Source: an uncultured Chryseobacterium sp. (lineage in GTDB: Bacteria; Bacteroidota; Bacteroidia; Flavobacteriales; Weeksellaceae). From it: a DNA stretch of 64,000 bases. This document shows, piece after piece, positions 18,405 through 27,003 of this stretch. The position numbers were made by a program, and so were the translations under genes. The DNA lies in NCBI GenBank assembly GCA_965651845.1, contig CBFGVN010000001.1:7323-71322 (forward strand), given 5' to 3'. Under the pieces are notes generated by a model. It searched no databases. It was given only the letters and a program-made list of their open reading frames with translations, and was not told the DNA's origin. The stretch's first letter is position 1. Every line of letters begins with the position of its first letter.

Positions 18405-19424
18405 TTAATTATTCAAAATTTCCTCAATTTTCAACCTTGTTTTCTCCAAACTCAATTGATGAATCACTTTTTCCAGCTCAGGAAAATCTTTTATATCTTC
18501 CCAGTTACGGGCAAATTCTGTTATATTTTCAATTCCTTTTTCTATGCTTGCAATAAAATGATGCTTCCTTTGAATAAGCCCCCGAAATCCGTAAGCCCCC
18601 AAAACCTGCAAAAATCTCATCAGCTGAATTGGTTTAACCGAATTTTTTAGTTGAAGCTGAATGTCGTTATTTTCAAATTGGCAGATATAAAAATCAAGCA
18701 TTTCATTTTTAAAATTTTCAGGGAAATTAGCTTTCGCCTGAAACAGAAAAGAAATCACATCATACATCAAAGGCCCTTCCATTGCAGACTGATAATCGAT
18801 AAATGAAACTTCATTTTTTTCATCAACCATAATATTTCTGGACTGAAAATCGCGGATCATTAATCCTTTGGGTTCAAGATTTTCGATGAGGTTTACGATT
18901 CCCTTGAATTCTTTCAGAAGGGTAGATTTATGATATTCCAGTTCCAAAACATCTGCCACGAAATTTTTAAAATAATATAAATCGTGGGTTACAGGAAGTT
19001 CATCATACCTTTCATATTCAAAAGTTTTGCTGAAATCAATGGTATCCTGTGTTGAAATTTGTAGCTGATATAATTTTTTTAAAGTCTGCTTGATTAAAGA
19101 TTTTACTTTTTCAGATAAGCCCTCCTTTGAAATAACTTCCGAAAGGGTATTTTCTCCCAGAAACTCCTGAATGTACATTTTTTTATCCTCAGAAATTTTA
19201 AAAATTGTCGGGGTGTTGAGGCCTAAATCTGAGAAAATTTTAGAATAATATAAAAAACTTTCGTTCTCCCTGATATTTTCATTGCATGTAATAATATACT
19301 TCTGATTTTCAGTTTTAGCTAAAAAATTTACTCTCGAAGAACCACTTTGAGCTAAAGTAATAAACTCAGAAGATTTTTTACCTGTATAATTTTCAAAAAA
19401 TTGTTTGGCGATTTCAGAATTCAT
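18405..19424 (-). CDS. APH-fold phosphotransferase, probable anomeric MurNAc/GlcNAc kinase (AmgK-like)
   Basis: SGSSR, IRDFQSRNIM, IDYQSA, GPLMYD, LQVLGAYGFRG; operon with a MurU-like gene. Confidence 0.82.
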   Translation of the reverse strand: MNSEIAKQFFENYTGKKSSEFITLAQSGSSRVNFLAKTENQKYIITCNENIRENESFLYYSKIFSDLGLNTPTIFKISEDKKMYIQEFLGENTLSEVISKEGLSEKVKSLIKQTLKKLYQLQISTQDTIDFSKTFEYERYDELPVTHDLYYFKNFVADVLELEYHKSTLLKEFKGIVNLIENLEPKGLMIRDFQSRNIMVDEKNEVSFIDYQSAMEGPLMYDVISFLFQAKANFPENFKNEMLDFYICQFENNDIQLQLKNSVKPIQLMRFLQVLGAYGFRGLIQRKHHFIASIEKGIENITEFARNWEDIKDFPELEKVIHQLSLEKTRLKIEEILNN

Positions 19425-19433
19425 AGACGAAAC

Positions 19434-19468
19434 AAATATAGTAATTTACAGTCTAATTTCTATATTTG
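19434..19468. promoter_or_regulatory. Back-to-back -7 elements for the kinase operon (-) and xrtF (+)
   Basis: TATATTTG on the minus strand at 19434-19441 and on the plus strand at 19461-19468, each within 10 nt of an ATG. Confidence 0.65.
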
Positions 19469-19472
19469 CATT

Positions 19473-20003
19473 ATGCTAAAGGATTTTAAACCAGTTTTAA
19501 GCATTTTGTTGCGCTTCATCATCGTTTATCTGGTGCTGCTTTTTGCTTACCAGTTTTACCTGAATCGTTTTCAAAGCGAGGGGCTCGATCCTTTTTCCAG
19601 GATGATTGCCGAACAGGTGCGTCATATCCAAAATTCTATCAGCTATCCGACTCAGCTTTACAATGATGTGAAAAGGGAGCAGGTTTGGTTTTATGTAAAA
19701 ACCGGTTATGCAACAAGAATGGTGGAAGGTTGTAATGCAATTTCTGTAATGATCCTTTTTATAGCATTTGTTTTTGCCTTTTATAAAGGTTCGAAAACAT
19801 TTGTTTTTGTATTGGCCGGCTTGGTTTTACTTTATCTGATGAATCTCCTCAGAATTGTAGGGTTAAATATCGTAATGACCGATTACAAGCAATATGGAAA
19901 GATTTCGCATGATTTTATTTTTCCTGCCGTGATCTATGGAACTGTTGTGGTTCTCTGGTTAATTTGGATTAAATTTTTTGCTTTAAAACATGAAAATTCT
20001 TAA
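19473..20003 (+). CDS. xrtF: Exosortase family protein XrtF
   Basis: Membrane protein with the Cys-Arg-His triad: VEGCNA, NLLRI, SHDFIFP. Start MLKDFKP. Confidence 0.88.
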   Translation: MLKDFKPVLSILLRFIIVYLVLLFAYQFYLNRFQSEGLDPFSRMIAEQVRHIQNSISYPTQLYNDVKREQVWFYVKTGYATRMVEGCNAISVMILFIAFVFAFYKGSKTFVFVLAGLVLLYLMNLLRIVGLNIVMTDYKQYGKISHDFIFPAVIYGTVVVLWLIWIKFFALKHENS

Positions 20004-20436
20004 TTGGTTTTTAGTGATCCTCGGTGTATTTGGCCTGATAGCTGTGAGAGGGCTTGAGGATAAAATTTTCTATGATCCTTTTCTTAATTATTTTCATGAA
20101 GCCAATAAAAATCTGGCATTTCCTTCTTTTGAGTGGGGAAAATTAATTGCCGGATATCTTTTCAGATTTATTTTAAATTTATTTTTTTCCTGTCTGATTA
20201 TTCATTTTTGGTTTAAAAATATAAAATGGACCATTCAGGGAGCGATTTTAATTACTATAATTTTCGCCATCACTTTCCCGATTTATCTGTATTGTATTTA
20301 TGATAGATTTGAGATAGGGTATTTATTTTCGTTTTATATGCGGAGGTTTGTGATACAGCCTTTAATTTTATTGCTGATAATTCCGATGTTTTATTACCGT
20401 AAACAGGTGGTGGAAAAGGGCAAAGAAAGCAAATAG
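19990..20436 (+). CDS. Exosortase F system-associated membrane protein
   Basis: FYDPFLNYF, FRFILN, FYMRRFVIQP; overlaps the xrtF stop. Confidence 0.85.
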   Translation: MKILNWFLVILGVFGLIAVRGLEDKIFYDPFLNYFHEANKNLAFPSFEWGKLIAGYLFRFILNLFFSCLIIHFWFKNIKWTIQGAILITIIFAITFPIYLYCIYDRFEIGYLFSFYMRRFVIQPLILLLIIPMFYYRKQVVEKGKESK

Positions 20437-20466
20437 GCTGAGAAAGCTAGTTTTTATGATTGATAT

Positions 20467-20563
20467 AGTCTTCGACGAGCTTAGACTGACACTGATTGAA
20501 TTACGTTTCAATAAGGCGGCTAGTATTAGCGATGTCATCCTGAGCGCGAAGCAGTCGAAGGAT
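20467..20563 (+). repeat. 97-bp palindromic MITE/REP-like element, copy 2
   Basis: Inverted copy of 18308-18404 (89/97 identical). Confidence 0.88.
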
Positions 20564-20607
20564 TTATTTTAAATGCAAATAGTTTTTCACAAATGATACA
20601 ATTTTTT

Positions 20608-20673
20608 ATCAATAGAAGCGGGCTTTAGCCCGTTTTAGAGAATAACCGCTAATTTGGCTTTAGCCAAAACTTA
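20608..20673. repeat. REP-like double palindrome (GGCTTTAGCC family), copy 2
   Basis: atcaatagaagcgggctttagcccgtt...aatttggctttagccaaaactta. Confidence 0.8.
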
Positions 20674-20688
20674 AGGATTAAAATAAAA

Positions 20689-21687
20689 CTACTCAGCGCT
20701 GTGCTTATCTACACAAGTCACATTTTCAGGCGTCCACTTTACTCTTTTTACAAAATCTTTTTCGCGAACCGGGCAGTCTGAGATTTGGCAGATCGGGCAG
20801 GAAATCAGCTTGCAGTCATCCATGTGAAAATTAAACTCAACGCTTCTTTTTGTGTTTTTAGCTAAAAGAATAATCATTTTTTCCATTTCATTGTGGGCAT
20901 CGCGAAGGCTGTAATACCAAGGTAAAGTAATGTGGGCATCGATGTGTAGGGAAGCTCCAAACTGCTGGATTTTCATGTTGTGAACGTCTATCCACTCTGT
21001 ACGGCGGTTTTCTTCCAGAACTTTAATGATTTGGTTTAACAGCTCAGGATCTTGCTCGTCCATAATTCCGCTTAAAGATTTTCGAACGATCTTGTACCCA
21101 ATAAATATGATATAAAGCCCAAAAAGCAAGGCTACGGCAGAATCCAGCCAATAAATTTTTGTAAAATAAACGATCACCAAACTGATCACCACTCCAAGTG
21201 TGGTAATGGTATCAGATTGCAAGTGCTTTCCGGATGAAATCAGAACCAAAGAGTTTTCACGCTCTCCTTTTTTTATGGAAATATAACCCAGTAAATAGTT
21301 GATAACAGCCGTTGCTGCAATAATCCAGATTCCAATATCAATTTTATTTAAAACCTTCCCAGTCAATAAACTATGAACGCCTTCATAAATGATCATTATC
21401 CCGGCAATGGCAATTAAAGCTCCCTCGATGCCGGAAGTCACAAACTCTACTTTTCCGTGTCCGTAAGGGTGGTCTTCGTCCTTAGGTTTGGCCGCCAAAT
21501 GCAAAGAATAGAGTCCCATGAATGCACTGATTACATTCACAATGCTTTCCATGGCATCAGAGAATACGGCATCGGAACTGGTAAGCTTCCACGCAACAAT
21601 TTTTCCGATAAAAAGGATAATTCCAAAAACGGCAATAAGCTTTTGAAAGCCTACCTTATCTTTAATTTTATTCTTTTGAACGTTCAT
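20689..21687 (-). CDS. Cation diffusion facilitator family transporter
   Basis: SDAMES, KPKDEDHPYGHGKVE, HLQSD; Cys-rich C-terminus (HMDDC..SCPIC...C). Confidence 0.9.
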   Translation of the reverse strand: MNVQKNKIKDKVGFQKLIAVFGIILFIGKIVAWKLTSSDAVFSDAMESIVNVISAFMGLYSLHLAAKPKDEDHPYGHGKVEFVTSGIEGALIAIAGIMIIYEGVHSLLTGKVLNKIDIGIWIIAATAVINYLLGYISIKKGERENSLVLISSGKHLQSDTITTLGVVISLVIVYFTKIYWLDSAVALLFGLYIIFIGYKIVRKSLSGIMDEQDPELLNQIIKVLEENRRTEWIDVHNMKIQQFGASLHIDAHITLPWYYSLRDAHNEMEKMIILLAKNTKRSVEFNFHMDDCKLISCPICQISDCPVREKDFVKRVKWTPENVTCVDKHSAE

Positions 21688-21740
21688 AGTTTGATAAAAA
21701 AAAGAATCTCAATTCTGAGACTCTTTTTATTTTTGTTAGT

Positions 21741-22733
21741 TTACACTAAGTTATTTGCTACAATGTATTCTGCGATCTGTACTGCATTGGTAGCGGCTCC
21801 TTTTCGCAGGTTGTCTGCCACAATCCAAAGATTCAGGGTCTTCGGCTGTGAAAGATCTCGTCTTATCCTTCCGACGAAAACTTCATCTTTACCTTCTGAG
21901 TACAGCGGCATTGGATATTCGTTGTTTTTCACGTCGTCCATTACCACAACTCCCGGCGTTTCTGATAAGATTTTTCTTACTTCATCAATATCAAATTCGT
22001 TTTCAAATTCGATGTTTACACTTTCAGAATGACCTCCCTGTACAGGAACTCTTACTGCAGTTGCCGTTAAATTAAATGTATCGTCACCTAAAATTTTCTT
22101 AGGTTCTTTCATTAATTTAATTTCTTCTTTCGTATAATCATCATCCGCAAAAACGTCGCAGTGCGGAAGTGCATTTTTGAAGATCTGATAAGGATAAACT
22201 TTTGCTATGGAGTCGTCTCCGTTGATCTCTAAATTTAGCTGGTCAACCGCCGCTTTACCAGTTCCGGTAACGGATTGGTAAGTAGACACGATTACTCTTT
22301 TCAGATCATATTTTTTGTTTAAAGGTCCTAAAACCATTACTAATTGAATCGTTGAACAGTTCGGATTGGCGATGATTTTGTCTTCTTTTGTTAAAACATC
22401 CGCATTGATTTCCGGAACGACTAACTTCTTGCTTGGGTCCATTCTCCATGCCGATGAATTGTCGATCACTGTTGTTCCCACTTCTGCAAAAAGCGGAGCA
22501 AACTCAAGGGAAGTAGAACCTCCTGCTGAGAAAATGGCAATATCCGGTTTGGCAGCTATAGCGTCTTTTATGCTTACAATCGTAAATTCTTCCTGTTTAT
22601 ACTTCACCTTTTTACCAATAGATCTTTCCGATGCTACCGGAATTAACTCGGTGATAGGGAAGTTCCTTTCTTCCAGAACTTTAAGCATAACTTGTCCAAC
22701 CATTCCTGTTGAACCTACTACAGCTACTTTCAT
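21741..22733 (-). CDS. asd: Aspartate-semialdehyde dehydrogenase
   Basis: VGSTGMVG, IDNSSAWRM, IIANPNCSTIQ, DNLRKGAATNAVQIAE. Confidence 0.97.
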   Translation of the reverse strand: MKVAVVGSTGMVGQVMLKVLEERNFPITELIPVASERSIGKKVKYKQEEFTIVSIKDAIAAKPDIAIFSAGGSTSLEFAPLFAEVGTTVIDNSSAWRMDPSKKLVVPEINADVLTKEDKIIANPNCSTIQLVMVLGPLNKKYDLKRVIVSTYQSVTGTGKAAVDQLNLEINGDDSIAKVYPYQIFKNALPHCDVFADDDYTKEEIKLMKEPKKILGDDTFNLTATAVRVPVQGGHSESVNIEFENEFDIDEVRKILSETPGVVVMDDVKNNEYPMPLYSEGKDEVFVGRIRRDLSQPKTLNLWIVADNLRKGAATNAVQIAEYIVANNLV

Positions 22734-22812
22734 TGATTTAATTAAAAAATTTAAAGATTAAAATATTTAAAAATTATAAACTCAGTATTTATAATTCATA
22801 ACTCATAACTTT

Positions 22813-23244
22813 TTACGCCCCGAAGACTCTAGCCCACGGGAACGCGAATGCGAATAAACCTACTGCAATTAATCCCATAATTACAATTCCTAAAGAAATG
22901 GTAGGATTGGTTTTTACTTTTTTGTTGATAACAGTCATTAAAACAGCTGCGATCAACATCGAAAATGGATGTTCTACATATTGAAATCTTAAGTCTGCGT
23001 TTTTCATTATTGAACCCATATCCATTCCTTTTGAGAATTTAATGATCAACATAACAACTCCCAATAAAAACTGAACGTGGAAGAAGATCATTGTGAAAAG
23101 TGTTGTTTTCTTCAGGAAATTATTCACTTTACCACTGTATCCGAACATGGTAGCCAAAAGCGCAATAACAAATAATGTCACTAAAAGAATTTCCAAATAT
23201 CCAAATCCTTTATGAGCATTAAGCAAAATGTTGTAAAAATCCAT
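22813..23244 (-). CDS. Conserved four-TM membrane protein with His residues (often labelled cytochrome B-like)
   Basis: Four hydrophobic helices; AHKG, FHVQ, RFQYVEHP, FPW. Confidence 0.6.
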   Translation of the reverse strand: MDFYNILLNAHKGFGYLEILLVTLFVIALLATMFGYSGKVNNFLKKTTLFTMIFFHVQFLLGVVMLIIKFSKGMDMGSIMKNADLRFQYVEHPFSMLIAAVLMTVINKKVKTNPTISLGIVIMGLIAVGLFAFAFPWARVFGA

Positions 23245-23282
23245 AATCCTATTTTTTCTTTTTTCTAGTTCACAAATATAGC

Positions 23283-23308
23283 AAAAATCCCGGCGAAAAG
23301 CCGGGATT
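23283..23308 (-). terminator. Intrinsic terminator of the TonB receptor gene
   Basis: aatcccggc-gaaaa-gccgggatt with an A tract on the plus strand (U tract on minus). Confidence 0.8.
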
Positions 23309-23334
23309 GATATTTATAAAATCTAATGTTTTTA

Positions 23335-25917
23335 TTAGAAGTTGAATGATAGATTTGCAGCCCATGTTCTTCCGAATCCGAAAAGCACACGATTTGATGG
23401 GTCGATACCTTTGTATAAAGTTGATTGGTAAGCTTCGTACTGAGCCGCTGTTGCAAACTGATCGCTTGTCTTAGTGAACACGTTTGTTGAAGCATCAGAA
23501 ATATAAGTAGTATCAAACAAGTTGTATACATTAGCACCAATTGTAAAGTATTGATTGTTATCTCTTAGTCTGATTTTATAAGATACCCCAACGTCAAATA
23601 GGTTAAAATCTGGCAACTTCATTACTCCTTTTTGTTGTGCCGTTTCGTTAGAGAATGTTGCGATATCAATTGAAGAGTAAAGTTTACCTACATATCTCCA
23701 AGTACTGAAAATACTAAGATCTTTTACCGGCTTTACAGTAGCTCCCAATGATGCTGTCATTTGAGGGATACTGTTGTTGCTTGTTCCTCCCACTTTTACT
23801 TTATCTAAATAAAGAGTTGTAGATGTAGAAGTTCCAGCTAAAGTAAGCGGGTTGTTGTTGTCATCAAACGCAGCTCCTGTAGCATTACCTTCATAGTAGT
23901 AATCTCCCCAAGAGAACATACCTTGAATTTCTAAGAAATTAAGTGGTTTGTAAACTGCATCTACTTCAACTCCTTGGTGGATTTCAGTAATACCGCTGAT
24001 TTCTGCATATCCTGTAGTTGTTGTATTATCAGGTAAAGTAAACGTTTGGTTTGTTCTTCTTAACCATCTGTCTCCCCATGAAGTTCTATAGATGTTAACA
24101 TTGGCACTAAGCTTAGAAGATCTGAAGCCATAACCAATCTCAGCAGAGAAGATTTTTTCGTTAGTTAATGTTGGATTTACTACCTGGAAGTTACTTGGGT
24201 AAACAGAATTGAAGAATGGTTGTTTACTATAATATCCGACATTTGCAAAAACATTGTGGTTTTCATTAATGTTATAGTTCGCACCTCCTTTGATGTTATA
24301 ACCAAATAAATTTTTAAACCCTGTTTTTGTATTAACCGTTTGTCCTTGTTGTTTAGTTACACCATCTTGGATAAAGTTGTCAATTCTTTGGTAACCCTGG
24401 TTAGAAACCGATCCTTGTGCGAATACGGATAAATTATCTTTAGAATATTCTACCTGACCAAATCCACTATACCAAATAACCTCTCCGTCGTTGCTATATC
24501 CAATCTGATCCTGAATTGGAGCTGTTTTTCCTCCGAATGGATTCCAAGTTAACTTTTGATAATCGTAAGAATTGCTAACAATATTAGGGGCAACATTTTT
24601 GTTATTACTATCCTTATATCCAGAAGCTCCATATAGATCTGAAACAACTTGATAGTGATATCCATAATAATACCTGTCGTCTGTACCTACTGAGAAATTC
24701 CAGTTGTCGTTGATTTTGTGTTGGAAGTTTGCTAAAATACCATACCAGTTGTGAGAGTTTATACTTGATCTACGGATCAAAGTACTTCCAGGAGCAGCTG
24801 TATTTACGTTAACAGCCTTGTTTGCGGCAAAGATAGCATCATAATTGAAGTGACCGGAAGCATCAAGGAAAGATGCATCAGTAATTCCTTTTCCTCCAAC
24901 TCTACCTAAATCACCAGTTCCACCACCTCTACCATTAGACATATAGGCTACAGTACTTAACTTTGATTTATCATTGATATTCCAATCCCAGTTAAGCATC
25001 ATTACAGGCTTAGAATAATAGTTAGCTCTGTTAGCCAACGCTACTTTATTTCCATTTGCATCTGTGTAATAACCATAATCTGAGTTATACTGTCTGTATG
25101 GTGTACCGTCTTGATCCGGATTAAACTTTATATAATTTGCAATTGTAGGAGAGAATGTTCTCTGGTTATGCCACTGAGGTGCAGAAGTTATTGTAAATTG
25201 GAAATTATGTTTTTTATTAGGTTCCCAACCTAATGCAAAATAGTAAGCATAAGATTCATAATCTGTATTTTCGATGTAAGTGCTACCAGCTTGTCTGCTC
25301 ATTAAGAATGAAGAAGACCATCCTTTATCAGATTTACCGGTATTATAAGCGAAAGATGTTTTAAAATAATCGTTGTTACCAACTCCTAATCTAATAATCC
25401 CTCCTTTTTTCATATCTGCTGATTTTGTTAAGAAGTTCATTGTACCTCCTACAGAAGCAATTGCTAACTTAGAAGAACCTAAACCTCTTTGTACCTGCAT
25501 TGTACTCGTAACGTCAGCTAATCCGGTCCAGTTTGAGAAATAAACAGTACCACCTTCCATATCATTTACAGGCATACCGTTTACCATTACAGCAATGTTT
25601 CTAGATTCAAATCCACGCATTGTGATCTGAGAATCTCCAAAACCACCACCACCTTTTGTAGCATATACAGACGGTGTCGTGTTCAATAATTCAACAAGCT
25701 CTTGGTTTCCTTGTCTTTCAAGAATTTGTGCAGCTTTAATAGTAGATACTGCAACCGGTGTCTTTCTATCTTTCGCGATATCAGTAACACCTCTTAAGAT
25801 TACCTCTTCAATGTCTTTGGATTTGGATACTGTATCCTGACCCTGTTGAGCATAATAAACGCTGGCTGTAGATAAGGTAATTATCGCAGTCAGCATTGAT
25901 TTGTTGATTAATTTCAT
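23335..25917 (-). CDS. TonB-dependent receptor
   Basis: Signal peptide, IEEVIL TonB-box-like segment, plug (TPSVY, MRGF, VNGMPVND, VQRGLG), C-terminal GRTWAANLSFNF. Confidence 0.92.
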   Translation of the reverse strand: MKLINKSMLTAIITLSTASVYYAQQGQDTVSKSKDIEEVILRGVTDIAKDRKTPVAVSTIKAAQILERQGNQELVELLNTTPSVYATKGGGGFGDSQITMRGFESRNIAVMVNGMPVNDMEGGTVYFSNWTGLADVTSTMQVQRGLGSSKLAIASVGGTMNFLTKSADMKKGGIIRLGVGNNDYFKTSFAYNTGKSDKGWSSSFLMSRQAGSTYIENTDYESYAYYFALGWEPNKKHNFQFTITSAPQWHNQRTFSPTIANYIKFNPDQDGTPYRQYNSDYGYYTDANGNKVALANRANYYSKPVMMLNWDWNINDKSKLSTVAYMSNGRGGGTGDLGRVGGKGITDASFLDASGHFNYDAIFAANKAVNVNTAAPGSTLIRRSSINSHNWYGILANFQHKINDNWNFSVGTDDRYYYGYHYQVVSDLYGASGYKDSNNKNVAPNIVSNSYDYQKLTWNPFGGKTAPIQDQIGYSNDGEVIWYSGFGQVEYSKDNLSVFAQGSVSNQGYQRIDNFIQDGVTKQQGQTVNTKTGFKNLFGYNIKGGANYNINENHNVFANVGYYSKQPFFNSVYPSNFQVVNPTLTNEKIFSAEIGYGFRSSKLSANVNIYRTSWGDRWLRRTNQTFTLPDNTTTTGYAEISGITEIHQGVEVDAVYKPLNFLEIQGMFSWGDYYYEGNATGAAFDDNNNPLTLAGTSTSTTLYLDKVKVGGTSNNSIPQMTASLGATVKPVKDLSIFSTWRYVGKLYSSIDIATFSNETAQQKGVMKLPDFNLFDVGVSYKIRLRDNNQYFTIGANVYNLFDTTYISDASTNVFTKTSDQFATAAQYEAYQSTLYKGIDPSNRVLFGFGRTWAANLSFNF

Positions 25918-26127
25918 AATCGTTAGTAATAGTTAGATTTAAATTTTATGCAAAATTCGGGAAATAAAGTTTAACTAATATTAACTATATGTTAATTTTT
26001 AACGAATCTTAATAGCGTGTAAGATGTTGATTTTCAATTTTATAAATAAAAATTGAATTTTTGTATGAAAAAAATCATATTATTGAATTTTTAACAAATC
26101 AAGGCTATTTTTGTTAAAAATTCAACG

Positions 26128-26988
26128 CTATTTCACGGCTTTGAGACTCAAATCCATATTCTCGGCAGAGTGCGTCAATGCGCCTGCAGAGATATAGGTA
26201 ACACCTGTCGAAGCGATTTCTTTCAGCTGTTCACGGGTAATCCCGCCGGATGCTTCAGTTTCACAAACCCCATTGATCATTTTTACGGCTTGCTTTATTG
26301 TTTTAACGTCCATATTATCAAGCATAATCCTGTCGACTTTTGCTTTGATGGCTTCCTGAACTTCTTCAAGGTTTCGGGTTTCAACCTCTATTTTTAATTT
26401 CTTTTTATTCTTTTTTATATAATCTTTAGCCATTTTCACGGCATTTGTGATGCTTCCGTTGTAGTCGATGTGGTTGTCTTTCAGCATGATCATATCGTAA
26501 AGACCATATCTGTGATTGGTTCCGCCACCGATTGCTACCGCCCACTTTTCACAAACTCTGAAATTCGGAGTAGTTTTTCTTGTGTCTAAAAGTTTTGTTT
26601 TAGTGCCTATTAATCTGGAATCCCAGTCATGGGTAAGGGTTGCGATTCCACTCATTCGCTGCATACAGTTTAGGATCAATCTTTCCGTTGATAATATGGA
26701 TCTTGCGCTTCCGGTGACAATGAATGCGACGTCACCAACTTTTACGGCATCTCCATCTTTTACGAAAGTTTCAACTTTTAAGTTTTTATCAAAAGTTTTA
26801 AAGATAATTTCAGCCAATTCCACGCCGGCAAGGATACAGTTTTGTTTTACCAAAAGCTTTGCACTCTGCTCCAGATCTTTCGGAATCGTAGAAAGCGTAG
26901 AATGGTCGCCATCCTGGATATCTTCTTCTAAAGCGTTTTTGATGAATTGTTTTAAAACTTTATCTGTAACGTATGCTGGTCTTTTCAT
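26128..26988 (-). CDS. nadC: Quinolinate phosphoribosyltransferase
   Basis: DTRKTTP, NHRYGLYD, KDNH, MLDNM, EASGGI. Confidence 0.96.
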   Translation of the reverse strand: MKRPAYVTDKVLKQFIKNALEEDIQDGDHSTLSTIPKDLEQSAKLLVKQNCILAGVELAEIIFKTFDKNLKVETFVKDGDAVKVGDVAFIVTGSARSILSTERLILNCMQRMSGIATLTHDWDSRLIGTKTKLLDTRKTTPNFRVCEKWAVAIGGGTNHRYGLYDMIMLKDNHIDYNGSITNAVKMAKDYIKKNKKKLKIEVETRNLEEVQEAIKAKVDRIMLDNMDVKTIKQAVKMINGVCETEASGGITREQLKEIASTGVTYISAGALTHSAENMDLSLKAVK

Positions 26989-27003
26989 TTTATATGCTTT
27001 TTT

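Noticed and set aside
18324-18650. 108-aa plus-strand ORF (MLRMT...SLSLSKT)
   Set aside because: Its N-terminus is a translation of the 97-bp repeat and the rest is antisense to the kinase gene.
18405-19424. Aminoglycoside resistance phosphotransferase
   Set aside because: APH fold only; the context with MurU-like and RapZ-C genes indicates a housekeeping sugar kinase.
21457-22761. Long antisense ORFs opposite asd/CDF (and similar shadows opposite rho, dnaB, mfd, nadC)
   Set aside because: Shadow frames of well-supported genes with no recognisable motifs.
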